A stretch of 64,000 bases of DNA from an archaeon (GCA_043812455.1 JBDRMB010000029.1:8303-72302), one strand, 5' to 3'; counted from the stretch's first letter, positions 49,212-60,020 are shown. The notes: generated by a model from the sequence alone, not told the origin. Numbers and translations are program-made.

Positions 49212-50870
49212 ATGCCAACCATAACTGTCAATAAAGAAGTTTTTGAAGAACTGGTCGGGAAGAAATTACCTCTTGAAGAACTGAAAGATCGAATTAGTAT
49301 GCTAGGTACCGATCTTGAAGGGATTGAAGGTAATGAAATCAAAGTAGAGATTTTTCCTAACCGGCCAGACATGCTTTCTGTGCAAGGTTTTGCCAGAGCA
49401 TTTTCTTCTTTTATTGGAGTTAATACTGGATTGAAAGAGTATAAGGTTGAAAGTTTTGGAAGTTCTTTAACTGTTAAGGATTTACCTTCACAATGGCCTT
49501 ATGCGATTGCATGTATTGTTAAAGGTTTAAATTTTGACAATGAGAAGATTAAAGAAATAATCCAAGTACAAGAGAAGCTTGGTACAACATTCACCCGAAA
49601 TAGAAAGAAAGGGGGGTTAGGATTATACCCGCTTGAAAAAATTAATTTCCCAGTAACTTTTACTAGTAAAAAACCAGAAGATATAACATTTCGACCATTA
49701 GAGTTTCCAACAGAATTAACTGCAAAACAAATCCTTTCAAAACATCCAAAAGGTAGAGAACATGGTTACATCATGGAGGGGTGGGACAAATATCCAGTTT
49801 TTATTGATTCTAAAAACAAAATTATGTCTATGCCACCTATTATCAATTCTCATGATGTTGGAAAGATTGACGAAACTACTACTGATGTTTTCATTGAAGG
49901 AACTGGTCCAGATCTAAACACGATAATGAGTTCACTCTATATTCTTACCACAACTTTAGCTGATATGGGAGGAAAAATTTATTCCTTAGAAATAATCTAT
50001 CCTGACAAAAAATTTCTATTTCCTGATTTCACTCCAGAAAAAATTGAACTTGACTTAAAGTATATTAACAAAATTTTAGGTTTGGAACTTGATGAAAAAA
50101 AGGCTTCTGAATTGCTGGCACGGATGGGTTTCGGCTATGAGAATGGAAAAGTGCAAGTTCCTGCGTACAGATCAGATATCTTACATCAAATAGATTTTGC
50201 AGAAGATATTGCAATTGCCTATGGATATGAAAATTTCGAAGAAGTTATCCCTAAAGTTGCAACTGTTGCTAGTGAAGATAAGTTTGAAAGGTTTGCGAAA
50301 AAATTGCGTGAGATTCTCATTGGAGTACGATTACTTGAAATCAAAAATTATCATTTAGTTAAGTATGAAGATCTTACAGAAAAAATGCTGGAAGGAGAAA
50401 AGTTAATTGATGATGTTATTAAACTCAAGAATTCTTTAGGTGAGCATAATACCTTACGTTATAATTTGATGGTAAGTTTGCTGAAAACTTTAACTGACAA
50501 TCAAGATAAAGAACAGCCATTAAATATATTTGAAATTGGCAGAGTATTTTCCAAAGATAAATCCACAGAAACTGGAATTTTAGAAAAAGAACATTTAGCA
50601 GTTGCTATATGTCACGAAAAAGCGGACTTCACTGAACTCAAACAAGTGCTTGAAATTCTCGGCACTGATTTAGGTGTTGAATTGATAGTTAAAGAATCTG
50701 ATGAAGATAATTTCATTTCAGGTAGAGCTGGGAAAATTATGCTTGAAGGTGAAGAAGTTGGAATCATTGGCGAAGTTCATCCACAAGTTCTTAATAATTG
50801 GAATTTGGTTGTTCCAGTAAGCCTTTTTGAAATTGATGTAGAATTGTTATTGGGTAAGATATTATTTTAA
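49212..50870 (+). CDS. pheT: Phenylalanyl-tRNA synthetase beta subunit (archaeal type)
   Basis: PNRPDMLS, SMPPIINS, PAYRSDILH..D..EDIAIAYGY, GEVHPQVL. Confidence 0.96.
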   Translation: MPTITVNKEVFEELVGKKLPLEELKDRISMLGTDLEGIEGNEIKVEIFPNRPDMLSVQGFARAFSSFIGVNTGLKEYKVESFGSSLTVKDLPSQWPYAIACIVKGLNFDNEKIKEIIQVQEKLGTTFTRNRKKGGLGLYPLEKINFPVTFTSKKPEDITFRPLEFPTELTAKQILSKHPKGREHGYIMEGWDKYPVFIDSKNKIMSMPPIINSHDVGKIDETTTDVFIEGTGPDLNTIMSSLYILTTTLADMGGKIYSLEIIYPDKKFLFPDFTPEKIELDLKYINKILGLELDEKKASELLARMGFGYENGKVQVPAYRSDILHQIDFAEDIAIAYGYENFEEVIPKVATVASEDKFERFAKKLREILIGVRLLEIKNYHLVKYEDLTEKMLEGEKLIDDVIKLKNSLGEHNTLRYNLMVSLLKTLTDNQDKEQPLNIFEIGRVFSKDKSTETGILEKEHLAVAICHEKADFTELKQVLEILGTDLGVELIVKESDEDNFISGRAGKIMLEGEEVGIIGEVHPQVLNNWNLVVPVSLFEIDVELLLGKILF

Positions 50871-50911
50871 ATTATTCTTATTAAATTTAACATTCTCGGA
50901 ACAATAAAACC

Positions 50912-52351
50912 TTAGCGATTATAACATTGTTTAAACTTGAAACGCAAGTCTATAGAATCACCGGCTTCAATAGAAAAAGTTTTTTCCTGAGCAGGCACAT
51001 CTAAAGAACTGGTTTTATCTTTCGCAAGACAAGTAAATGGACTTAATTCAAGTTTATATTCACCTTCAGACAGATTTAATCTTCCAGATCCATTATTAAT
51101 ATTGAATCTGTCTATTCTTCTATAATCATTACCTATTTTTTCATATAATGATGCTTTTACTGAAGGAATATTCCCATAAGCACTCTGAACATAAATTATT
51201 GCCGCACCGCCAAGATCAACAATAAAATCTTCCTCTACAGAAGTGCTTAAGCTAGGAAACTCTGAATTAGTTACCTCGCCTTTAAACTGACAATTTGTTC
51301 TTTCAGAATTAACTCCAATACCTCGACTAATTTGCCCAAAATAAGAACTGTTTGATCTGCTAGTTGATACATTCCTCCATTGAGTATCGGGTTCACAGAG
51401 ATAAGAAACATTGACGTTAGGTGTACCTCTTTCCTGGTAAGTATCAACACTAAAAGAAAAAGACAAATCGGGAAACAAAAATCTTTCCGTAAATCTTGCA
51501 CCACCATGACCTTCTATCTGATAATCTGTTAAAAAACTTGTTTCTCCTCTTGAACATTTGCTAGTTGTACCTTTACAAATTTTGAGCCCTTTAATTTTCA
51601 AATCATTGTAAACAAAAGATCCGCTTTCTTCCACTAGCTCTCCTTTAGTATCTTCAAGTTCAATTCTTAATGTATACTTACCTAAGTCCAAACCGCCAAG
51701 ATCAATCTCATCACTAAATAAAAACTTTCCAGAAGAACCTTTTTGCTCAGAAAGTTCTTTTTCTAAATTAATTTCCCCTGAACGAACCACTTCCCCATCA
51801 CTGCTTAACAATTGATAATTTCCATTAATCTTAATCTCTCTTCTTTCATAATTTTGGTATCCTAAGACCGCAGAAAAAGAAACCGTTTTTTGAGCTCCTC
51901 TCAAAAATAAATCTGATAGTTCTAAACAAGAATCATTAATAACCTCACTACAAAACATTATATTTTTAATATTTATACTTTCATTATCTAAAGCTTGCCT
52001 GCTAACAATTTCCTGACCTTGCTTAATCCATCCTAATTGCCCATTGTAATTAGCTAACTGCCAACTGCTTCTCACGTCACCAGAACAAAGTTCAAACCAA
52101 GTATTTTGAGGAATTTTTGATAATTCAGTACTTTCATCCCTGTCTTCATAAACTAATATCCCTTCTTCTTCAAGTACTAAATGCTCCAAAGCATTACTAC
52201 AATCTAACGGTCTAACTTCTTCCAATTGCTTTTCAGCATCTTCAATAATTTCTATCTGTCTGATATCAGCTTCTTTATTACAGCCAGAAGATAAAGCTAA
52301 CACTCCTAAAAAAGAAACTATAGTTGCTAATCTTCGGAAAACCATAATCAT
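50912..52351 (-). CDS. Lipoprotein-like protein with SH3b-like and Ig-like domains (paralog of 12525)
   Basis: LALSSG-CNK..IEIIEDAEKQLE; WQLANYNGQLGWI; IMFC..NYQLLSSDG..LGKYTL. Confidence 0.7.
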   Translation of the reverse strand: MIMVFRRLATIVSFLGVLALSSGCNKEADIRQIEIIEDAEKQLEEVRPLDCSNALEHLVLEEEGILVYEDRDESTELSKIPQNTWFELCSGDVRSSWQLANYNGQLGWIKQGQEIVSRQALDNESINIKNIMFCSEVINDSCLELSDLFLRGAQKTVSFSAVLGYQNYERREIKINGNYQLLSSDGEVVRSGEINLEKELSEQKGSSGKFLFSDEIDLGGLDLGKYTLRIELEDTKGELVEESGSFVYNDLKIKGLKICKGTTSKCSRGETSFLTDYQIEGHGGARFTERFLFPDLSFSFSVDTYQERGTPNVNVSYLCEPDTQWRNVSTSRSNSSYFGQISRGIGVNSERTNCQFKGEVTNSEFPSLSTSVEEDFIVDLGGAAIIYVQSAYGNIPSVKASLYEKIGNDYRRIDRFNINNGSGRLNLSEGEYKLELSPFTCLAKDKTSSLDVPAQEKTFSIEAGDSIDLRFKFKQCYNR

Positions 52352-52451
52352 CTTAATAATATAAATAATATTTAAAGGTTTCCTAAAGTTAGTACTAAAT
52401 AGAAGTAAAAATACAAAATCTTTTTAAATTACAAGCATTATTGAGTTATTA

Positions 52452-53972
52452 ATGGAATCAGACTTAATGATCACTAAGGATTTGCTATTTGAGCAAGGTT
52501 TAATTGAAAGCTTAGAACCTGAAAGAATCTATTGTCTTAATGAAACAGACGTTTTTCCATTCTCAGATTATTATGGTGCTCTGATCTTAGCAGAAAGATT
52601 GGTTCAGCTGGAGCAAGGCACTGGAAGTGACTATAAGAATGAAGTTTTGGAAAAGTTAGCTCAAAATGTTAAAGTACCTAACTTTCATACATCCAACGGT
52701 AATTTACAAGACAGGATTCTAAAGCTGATACATGATGCTAATCGGCCAAAAGAATTAAATCAAGGGTCATTGACAAAAAAAGTTGCAGGTATGTTTGGAA
52801 ATTCTGGCCGTCAGGAGGAAACTTATTCGCCGAATACCAGCAGTTTGACTGTAAAAAATTTACTTTTTGACTTAGAACTGATTAAAAGTCTTGATCCAGC
52901 CAATATTAAATTTTTAGGTGATTCTGAGATCTTTCAATTCTCAGACTATTACGGTGCTTTAGTTCTTGCTGAAGAATTCCTCAGGATACAGGACATTTAT
53001 AGGCAAAGAAACAAGGCAAATGCTGGTCTCTTTGAGATACAAAAGGCAAAAGTTGTAAAACGTTTAACAAAAAATATGAGTGTTCCACAGCTTAATACAA
53101 CTAATGGCAATCTGCAGGAAAGAATCATGTTCTTAATCAATAACGCAAATAATCCAAACATACTTAACCAAAAACTGCAGATTGCAGGACAGAGTCCAAA
53201 GAATGCTGATAATCTTACAGAATTAACTGAAAGTTACAAACCAGGTTTTAAATTCAAACTGCCAGAATTTGATCTTTCAGGAATAAACACTCGTGCTGTT
53301 GTTGGTGTGGGTTTAGTTGCTTTAGCTGGAGTTCTGACATTAGGTACAGTTGTAGGAGTATCTCCACGGTTAAGGAATGGTTTAGGTCTGCCAATTAGTG
53401 ATAGTGAAAAAGTTAGAATTCTTTTAGATGAAGGTAATCTTGACAAAGCATATGAGTTAGCAGAAAACATGGAAGGACCAAAAGGAGCTTACTTATCAAC
53501 ACAAGTTTATTTTGCAAATTTCGATGATCTTTTATCTCACATTAGAGCTTCTGAAGTTCATAGCATGACTCCACGTCTTGATGTGCTTATGGGAAGACTG
53601 GAAGGCAGCAGATATGAAACTCAAGTAATGGAAAATCTAGTTCAACATGGGTTTGTTAAGTATAAATCTAACATTTTTGCTCAGGATGATTATTCAACAA
53701 GAACAAGTGCAGCAGTTTCACATCTAACCTCAATTTTAAGTGCCAATAGCGAAGAACAAAAAGGCTTAGAACCTGAAGAAAGAATTATTAGGTTAAATTT
53801 GCAAGAACATTCCATTTTAATGTTCAGAGAGACTGGTAACAAGGTAAGTTTTACCGCTTATGAGAATGGTCCAAGAACTCGTGCGACTGAAGATTATGTT
53901 TTAACATTTACATTAGAAGAAAATAATGGAAAATACCAAGTTACAGAAATTGTAACTCAACAGATAAAATGA
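52452..53972 (+). CDS. Membrane protein with a tandem duplicated N-terminal domain
   Basis: Two copies of LLF...LI.SL.P..I...FSDYYGAL.LAE..VP...T.NGNLQ.RI..LI..AN.P; central TM segment. Confidence 0.75.
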   Translation: MESDLMITKDLLFEQGLIESLEPERIYCLNETDVFPFSDYYGALILAERLVQLEQGTGSDYKNEVLEKLAQNVKVPNFHTSNGNLQDRILKLIHDANRPKELNQGSLTKKVAGMFGNSGRQEETYSPNTSSLTVKNLLFDLELIKSLDPANIKFLGDSEIFQFSDYYGALVLAEEFLRIQDIYRQRNKANAGLFEIQKAKVVKRLTKNMSVPQLNTTNGNLQERIMFLINNANNPNILNQKLQIAGQSPKNADNLTELTESYKPGFKFKLPEFDLSGINTRAVVGVGLVALAGVLTLGTVVGVSPRLRNGLGLPISDSEKVRILLDEGNLDKAYELAENMEGPKGAYLSTQVYFANFDDLLSHIRASEVHSMTPRLDVLMGRLEGSRYETQVMENLVQHGFVKYKSNIFAQDDYSTRTSAAVSHLTSILSANSEEQKGLEPEERIIRLNLQEHSILMFRETGNKVSFTAYENGPRTRATEDYVLTFTLEENNGKYQVTEIVTQQIK

Positions 53973-54688
53973 CATTAGACCAAGAACTGGAACTGGCAAG
54001 AAGCAAAGAGCTTGAGCTGTTAGGAAAAGGAAAACAGCAAGGTGTAAGCTTTAGTTCAGGTACTGCTCTGCTTAACAAACGAAATTTTATACGCGCAGGA
54101 GCAGGTCTGGGAATATTGCTGGCTGCCATTCTAGGAATAAAAACTTGCACCTGTGTTTGCTCAAGCACAGTTAATGGTGTTAGTGAAGTTATCAGTAAAA
54201 AAAATAAGTATGTTCCAAAAGGTTTTGAAGGAGTACATTTAGGAATGAGTTATGAAGAGTTGCAAGAAGTTAGACCATTTGTAAAAACTGGTGATGAAAT
54301 TAGTGAAGCTTATGAGATGGTTAAAGATAATGATGACTTTACTGGAACAGATTTTAACAATTACAGAACATTCTTTGGTTATGAACCTGAACTTCCTAAT
54401 AAAAGTGATATAATGGATTTAACTGTGACTTATCGCTTTTATGATAATGAACTTCAAGAAATCACTTTTACTGCAACAGGTTGGAAAGGTTCTAATGATT
54501 TAAGAGGAGATCTTTGCCCAGGAGCTTATGGGAAATTAGAAACTCTAGCTACAGGTAAAGAACATAGTTATGATGCTTTAAGGGAAATTGAAACAGAACA
54601 AACTTGGTCAGCAGGTGATATTAATATTAGTTTTGCATGTCTTGACGGCAGATTTGAGATTATGAAGTATAGTTTGACTGGGAGATAA
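53969..54688 (+). CDS. Membrane-anchored hypothetical protein
   Basis: TM segment AGAGLGILLAAILG followed by CTCVC; GVHLGMSYEE; ATGA overlap with the upstream gene. Confidence 0.65.
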   Translation: MTLDQELELARSKELELLGKGKQQGVSFSSGTALLNKRNFIRAGAGLGILLAAILGIKTCTCVCSSTVNGVSEVISKKNKYVPKGFEGVHLGMSYEELQEVRPFVKTGDEISEAYEMVKDNDDFTGTDFNNYRTFFGYEPELPNKSDIMDLTVTYRFYDNELQEITFTATGWKGSNDLRGDLCPGAYGKLETLATGKEHSYDALREIETEQTWSAGDINISFACLDGRFEIMKYSLTGR

Positions 54689-54703
54689 TGTCGAGTTAAC
54701 TTA

Positions 54704-55408
54704 TCATTCTCCACCCAGATATACTTTCTTTATTTTTTTGTTATGAATAATCTCTTTCCCACCAACTAAAGCAATCTTGCCATCTTCCAACAAATAAGTT
54801 CTGTCAGCCATCTCAATAGCTTTCTTGGCGTTTTGTTCAACAATCAGAATTGCAAGACCTTCATCCCTCAACTTTTCAATAATGGCAAAAATTTCTTGCT
54901 GTAATTTCGGACTCAATCCTAAAGAAGGTTCATCCATCAACAATAATCTTGGCTTTTGCATTAAAGATCTGCCAATCGCTAACATTTGTCGTTGCCCGCC
55001 ACTTAGCGCAAACGCTTGCTGTTTTCTTCGCTCTTTCAAGATTGGAAATTTTTGATAAACTTCTTCCAACCTTTGCTTGATGATATCTGAATTTCTAATG
55101 TGATTACAAGCAATTTCTAAATTTTCCTGAACAGTTAAGTGGTCAAACACAATTCTTCCTTGTGGCATATAACTTACTCTTCTAGAAAGGAGTTGATGAG
55201 TTTTTAATTTTGAGATGTTTTTGTTATTGAAAACTATTGCACCAGAATACTGGTCAGCTATACTGTACACAGATTTGATAACTGTACTCTTTCCAGCACC
55301 GTTCGGTCCGATTAAAGCGACAACTTCATTTTCATTTACTTCTAGGTCCACTCCTTTCAGTATCTTAAGTTCCCCGTACCCAGCACGTAAATCTTTTATT
55401 TTTAACAT
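54704..55408 (-). CDS. livF: Branched-chain amino acid ABC transporter ATPase LivF
   Basis: GPNGAGKS, LSGGQRQMLAIGR, DEPSLGLSP, VEQNA; start revised to MLKIKDL. Confidence 0.93.
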   Translation of the reverse strand: MLKIKDLRAGYGELKILKGVDLEVNENEVVALIGPNGAGKSTVIKSVYSIADQYSGAIVFNNKNISKLKTHQLLSRRVSYMPQGRIVFDHLTVQENLEIACNHIRNSDIIKQRLEEVYQKFPILKERRKQQAFALSGGQRQMLAIGRSLMQKPRLLLMDEPSLGLSPKLQQEIFAIIEKLRDEGLAILIVEQNAKKAIEMADRTYLLEDGKIALVGGKEIIHNKKIKKVYLGGE

Positions 55409-55415
55409 TTTAATC

Positions 55416-56150
55416 TCACCCTCCCAGATACGCCTCAAGAACCTTTTTGTCATTCTGCACTTCCTTAGGCTTGCCGTGTGCAATAACCTTCCCAGCGTCA
55501 AGAACAAAAACATAATCCGCAATGTCCATCACAAAATTCATATCGTGCTCAATAAGAATTACGGTTTCGCCTTGACCTTTCAAATTTCTCAAAATCTCTT
55601 TGATCTTAACTCTTAATTTCGGATTAACCCCAGCAACAGGTTCATCAAGCATCAACAGGTAATGTGGTTTAGCAATCGCAACTGCAAGATCAAGTAATTT
55701 CCGTTGACCGTAACTTAAATCATTAGCATAAGTTTCAAGAGGTTTGTTCAACCCCACTAACTCAAGAACTTTTTTGATCTTATCAATACTATTACGTTTC
55801 TGGTTCAGGATACTCCACAACATACTTTCATCTTTCTTAGAGAAAGTTATTCCCAAATGATCTTGAATCGTTAAATTTTTGAATAGTCTAACTTCCTGGA
55901 AAGTTCTTGAAACTCCAGCTTTAGCAATCTTATAATCTTCAAGTTTAGTAAGATCTCTTTTACCTAAAGTTATTTTCCCAGTATCAGGTTTGATCAATTT
56001 TGAAATCACATTGAATAGAGTTGTCTTTCCAGAACCATTCGGACCAATGATAGCTGTAATTTCTCCTTGCTCAACGGTTAGCTGACAATTATCTAATGCT
56101 TTCACACCGCCAAAATTTTTACTGATTCCTCGGATTTCTAACAGACTCAT
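55416..56150 (-). CDS. livG: Branched-chain amino acid ABC transporter ATPase LivG
   Basis: FGGVKAL, GPNGSGKTT, RTFQ, LSYGQ, LDEPVAG, IEHDM, AYLG. Confidence 0.93.
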   Translation of the reverse strand: MSLLEIRGISKNFGGVKALDNCQLTVEQGEITAIIGPNGSGKTTLFNVISKLIKPDTGKITLGKRDLTKLEDYKIAKAGVSRTFQEVRLFKNLTIQDHLGITFSKKDESMLWSILNQKRNSIDKIKKVLELVGLNKPLETYANDLSYGQRKLLDLAVAIAKPHYLLMLDEPVAGVNPKLRVKIKEILRNLKGQGETVILIEHDMNFVMDIADYVFVLDAGKVIAHGKPKEVQNDKKVLEAYLGG

Positions 56151-57019
56151 TCTAGATCAACCCTCCCAAATATTCCCCGTGGTCGGTAAATTAAGATCAG
56201 CAATAATACTACTGCATAGAAAACCATCCTTAACGGACCTAACAGATGTCCAGGTAATGGAATAAACCGTAGCAATTCTAATAAGATGAAAATTATAAAA
56301 GTTCCAATGATCGAACCACTGATTGAAGCAATCCCACCGATAATTACAATTGTGAAAATGAAAATAACTTCTAAAATTGTAAAGTGAGTCGGATCAATGT
56401 AAGATAAATAATGTGCTAGAAGACTACCAGCAATCCCTGCAAAGAACGCAGAAATCATCATCGCTTTATACTTTAATCTAAAAGTATTCTTACCAAGTAC
56501 TCTTAACCCAACTTCATCATCTCTGGTAGCTTCCAATAATCTGCCAAATGGTGAACGCATCAACAAATACATGATAAGAACTGAGAGAACTGTGATAATT
56601 GCAACTAGTATTAAGTAAGACCAACTTGCAGAAAATGCTATTCCAAAAATTTCCGGTTTTGGAATACCTGGCAAGCCTAAAGGTCCACCGGTTAAACTGC
56701 TCCAATTAATAAGTACTGCATAAACAACAAAACTAAACCCTAAAGTTGTCAATGCCAAATAATCTCCCCTTAGTCTTTTGGTAGCACTTGTTAATATAAA
56801 ACCAAACAAGCTGGCAAACAACCCTGCGATGATCAATGAGAAGAAAAACGGTACTCCGGCAATATTCAATAATGCTGAAGTGTAAGCTCCTACTGCAAAG
56901 AAAGCCACATGACCTAAGTTCAATAATCCAGTATAACCTAATGCAACATTCAAGCTTACTGCTAGGATAATATAAATACCAATCATGATTAAGATGTGAA
57001 TAAGGTATGCTTCAATCAT
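56147..57019 (-). CDS. livM: Branched-chain amino acid ABC transporter permease LivM
   Basis: GYTGLLNLGHVAFFAVGAY, RLRGDYLAL.TL, SPFGR, RPRGIFG. Confidence 0.92.
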   Translation of the reverse strand: MIEAYLIHILIMIGIYIILAVSLNVALGYTGLLNLGHVAFFAVGAYTSALLNIAGVPFFFSLIIAGLFASLFGFILTSATKRLRGDYLALTTLGFSFVVYAVLINWSSLTGGPLGLPGIPKPEIFGIAFSASWSYLILVAIITVLSVLIMYLLMRSPFGRLLEATRDDEVGLRVLGKNTFRLKYKAMMISAFFAGIAGSLLAHYLSYIDPTHFTILEVIFIFTIVIIGGIASISGSIIGTFIIFILLELLRFIPLPGHLLGPLRMVFYAVVLLLILIYRPRGIFGRVDLE

Positions 57020-57891
57020 TTTCTCGCCCCCTTATCAACACCAAACAATCCTTGTGGTCTCAGTAACAAAAATAAGAACAGTAAGATGAAAGTAATCGCA
57101 TCCTTAAATCCAGAAGGCAAAAACCAAATTCCAAAATTTTCTGCTAAACCCAAAATATAACTTCCAATAATTGAGCCTGGTACAAAACCTATCCCTCCTA
57201 TAATTGCGCCGGTAAAACCTTTGATGATAAGATTAGTTCCCATAGCCGTCATCAAAGTTTGTTCTAACGCTATCAAGATACCAGCAACTCCTGCCAAGAA
57301 TGAACCAAGTATGAAAGAATAATCTGCAATTTTTTTACTGTCAATACCGGTTATGTCAGCTAATTCCTTATTATCAGCAACTGCCCGGAAATTTCTTCCA
57401 AGCTTAGTTTTTTTCATCAGCAGATAAAGTAAGATGAATAATACAACTGAAACAATAAAAATGATAATTTGTAGTACTGTTACTGTTGCTCCAAAAATAG
57501 TAATAGCTAACGGCCGGACAAATTCTAACGTTTTGATGTTAGGCCCGAACGCAATCAATATTAAATTTTCAAACAAAACTAATAATCCTACGGAAGCGAT
57601 TAATAATATAACATTAGACGATTTTCTCTGCTGTAACGGTCTGTAAATTAATCTGGACATCAATAATCCAAATATGCTTGTTAAGGTTAAAGTTAATAAA
57701 CATGATATGACAAAAGGCATTCCCAGCATTGAGAACGTCCAATACAGCAAGTAAGAGCTAACTACTACTGCCACACCATGTGCAAAGTGCATGAACTTGT
57801 TTGTGGAATATACTAGCGAGAACCCACAGGCTACGAGAGCATAGATTGATCCTATTACAAGTGAGTTTGCTAGTATTTGCGTGAATGTCAT
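57016..57891 (-). CDS. livH: Branched-chain amino acid ABC transporter permease LivH
   Basis: GSIYALVA.G, FAHG, TKLGR..RAVA, RPQGLFG. Confidence 0.92.
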   Translation of the reverse strand: MTFTQILANSLVIGSIYALVACGFSLVYSTNKFMHFAHGVAVVVSSYLLYWTFSMLGMPFVISCLLTLTLTSIFGLLMSRLIYRPLQQRKSSNVILLIASVGLLVLFENLILIAFGPNIKTLEFVRPLAITIFGATVTVLQIIIFIVSVVLFILLYLLMKKTKLGRNFRAVADNKELADITGIDSKKIADYSFILGSFLAGVAGILIALEQTLMTAMGTNLIIKGFTGAIIGGIGFVPGSIIGSYILGLAENFGIWFLPSGFKDAITFILLFLFLLLRPQGLFGVDKGARK

Positions 57892-58200
57892 CTACTCTTC
57901 CCTCAACTTTTCTAAATTCTCATAAGTAAGTGGAACGTCATAGCATTCTCTTTCTTTTCCACCGTTAATACAATATGAAAGATAAGTTTCACGTAATCCA
58001 TCCTTGTCCCCATCATATGAATGAATTGATAAGGCATTATCAAAAGAATTAAGATAATCAGGATTATCAATAGGAGAATTTTTAACCACAAATCCAAATA
58101 CACCAATAGCAGATAAGAGACAAACACCAAATACTACTTGTGCTTTGATTTCTCCAGGAATTTTATAGTACAAGTCCTCTATTGTGTCTATTAGTTTCAT
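57892..58200 (-). CDS. Small membrane-anchored DxDxDG protein
   Basis: TM then PDYL..DGDKDGLRETYL..VPLTYENLEK; start after GGAGG. Confidence 0.7.
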   Translation of the reverse strand: MKLIDTIEDLYYKIPGEIKAQVVFGVCLLSAIGVFGFVVKNSPIDNPDYLNSFDNALSIHSYDGDKDGLRETYLSYCINGGKERECYDVPLTYENLEKLREE

Positions 58201-58460
58201 TCCTCCAAACACCCAACCATCTTCTCAAGGTTATCATCTGTCAAAGGAATTCTTACTTTACCATCATCTTGTTTAACATCGAGATAAGTTTCCTTGTAAC
58301 CATCTTTATCAGTATCTTTGACCACGATTGAAACTTCTTCATCTTTCAAATAATCTGGAGATACATTATTATTAGATAATGTTTTAGTTATAGCAAATGT
58401 TAATGACATAGATGCCATTCCTACTGCTACCCCTAACAAATAATCTTTGAATCCTTCCAT
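58197..58460 (-). CDS. Small membrane-anchored DxDxDG protein
   Basis: TM then PDYL..DTDKDGYKETYL..IPLTDDNLEK; start revised to MEGFK. Confidence 0.7.
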   Translation of the reverse strand: MEGFKDYLLGVAVGMASMSLTFAITKTLSNNNVSPDYLKDEEVSIVVKDTDKDGYKETYLDVKQDDGKVRIPLTDDNLEKMVGCLEE

Positions 58461-58467
58461 TTCCCAT

Positions 58468-58737
58468 TCACCTATTCCTAGTAAAACGATTATACAAAGC
58501 ATCAACTATGGCCCCACCCAGAATCCCTGTGCTATAAGAAGGAACTGCAATTACGCCCATTACAAGAACATCCAATGTCCCCCTACCAACAGTACTTTCA
58601 ATATTCATAGCATCATTAATTGCGGTACCTATTTCATATCCGCCCCAAAATGTAGCAATAGAAGCTCCAACAAATCCTGCTCCAACACATAGCATCTTAA
58701 GGTTACTAGGTTCATCATTATCAGTATATCTTTTCAT
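58468..58737 (-). CDS. Small Gly-rich 2-TM membrane protein
   Basis: Start MKRYTD after GGAGG; two hydrophobic Gly-rich helices. Confidence 0.6.
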   Translation of the reverse strand: MKRYTDNDEPSNLKMLCVGAGFVGASIATFWGGYEIGTAINDAMNIESTVGRGTLDVLVMGVIAVPSYSTGILGGAIVDALYNRFTRNR

Positions 58738-58800
58738 TTTTATTCCTCCATCTAACAACCCCAGAAACCACAAAATAAAAAAAATAAAAAAAAGTAAAAT

Positions 58801-59940
58801 TTACTTCAAAAGTACAGACTCACTATCTTTGATCATGAAGAAATCATAACCAGCAGATGCAATGTCACCAATCTCATCAAACTGAATCAAATCATTAGAT
58901 TCTCCTGAATAAGAAGTATCTCTTAACGCTGCTTTGATATCGTTTGCATCAGTACTGCCAGCATCTTCAATCGCTTCTACCATTACCATGAAAGCATCGT
59001 ATCCTAAAGATGCTGCAATGGAAATCTCTAGATTTTCATAACCAGGTAAAGCGTGGATTTTGTTTTCAAAAGCATTTGACTGTTCGATACTTACAGTAGA
59101 GTAAATTGCTCCGTCACCATAACCGCTGGCCCAAACTTCTTCACCCTGCCAAGCATCGCCGCCAAGCATTGGTAAATTTAAACTAAGTTCTTCTGCTTGC
59201 TTGAAAAATGCTACCGCGTTAGTTGGATAGATTGGAGCAAAGATTGCTTCTGCGCCACTGTTTTTAATTTTGGTAATTTCAGTTCTGAAATCAGTATCTG
59301 TTTGTAACACTCCGCTTTCGTAAACAATTTCGCCGCCCATTTCTTCAAATGATTTAGTGAAAACGTTTTTCATACCTTCTCCCCAATCATTCTTGGTGTA
59401 AACCAAAGCAACTTTATCATAACCAAGTTCTTCCATCATATATTCAGCACCGACAACTCCTTGCAATGAATCGCTAGGGTAAATTCTGAATATACAATCA
59501 CCTACACTTGTAAGATCTGGAGCAGACGCTGCTACCATCATAACAGGTACGTTAGCACTTTGTGCAATAGGAATTGCTGGACCTGCTGCTGCGGAACAGA
59601 TTGGACCAACAATAGCATCAACCTGATCAACATTAACTTCTTTGTTAAAAGCTGCAACACTACTAGCGCTACAACTATCATCTTCTAAAACAACCTCAAC
59701 TTCCTGACCGCTAATTCCACCTTGTGCATTAACTTCATTTAAAGCTAAAGTAATTCCCGCAAAAGCATTTTCTCCCCAAGAAGCTGCTTCACCAGTCATT
59801 GGTAATACAACACCAATCTTAATTGGATCATCACTTCCAACTTTCACATATTCTCCAGTCGGACTTTGTGTACATCCAACTACTGAAAATAGTAACATTG
59901 CTGTTACTAAACTAAACATTAGTACATTCATTATTTTCAT
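58801..59940 (-). CDS. Branched-chain amino acid ABC transporter substrate-binding lipoprotein (LivK/LivJ family)
   Basis: VVG-C; IKIGVVLPMTG, EVNAQGGI.G, IVGPICS, FRIYPSD, GYDA. Confidence 0.92.
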   Translation of the reverse strand: MKIMNVLMFSLVTAMLLFSVVGCTQSPTGEYVKVGSDDPIKIGVVLPMTGEAASWGENAFAGITLALNEVNAQGGISGQEVEVVLEDDSCSASSVAAFNKEVNVDQVDAIVGPICSAAAGPAIPIAQSANVPVMMVAASAPDLTSVGDCIFRIYPSDSLQGVVGAEYMMEELGYDKVALVYTKNDWGEGMKNVFTKSFEEMGGEIVYESGVLQTDTDFRTEITKIKNSGAEAIFAPIYPTNAVAFFKQAEELSLNLPMLGGDAWQGEEVWASGYGDGAIYSTVSIEQSNAFENKIHALPGYENLEISIAASLGYDAFMVMVEAIEDAGSTDANDIKAALRDTSYSGESNDLIQFDEIGDIASAGYDFFMIKDSESVLLK

Positions 59941-60020
59941 TTTTTACTTTCCCCCACAATTTTTTAATTGTACCTAAAAAGTGGTTAATGATTCCTGAGA
60001 AAAATATATTAATTTTCTGT

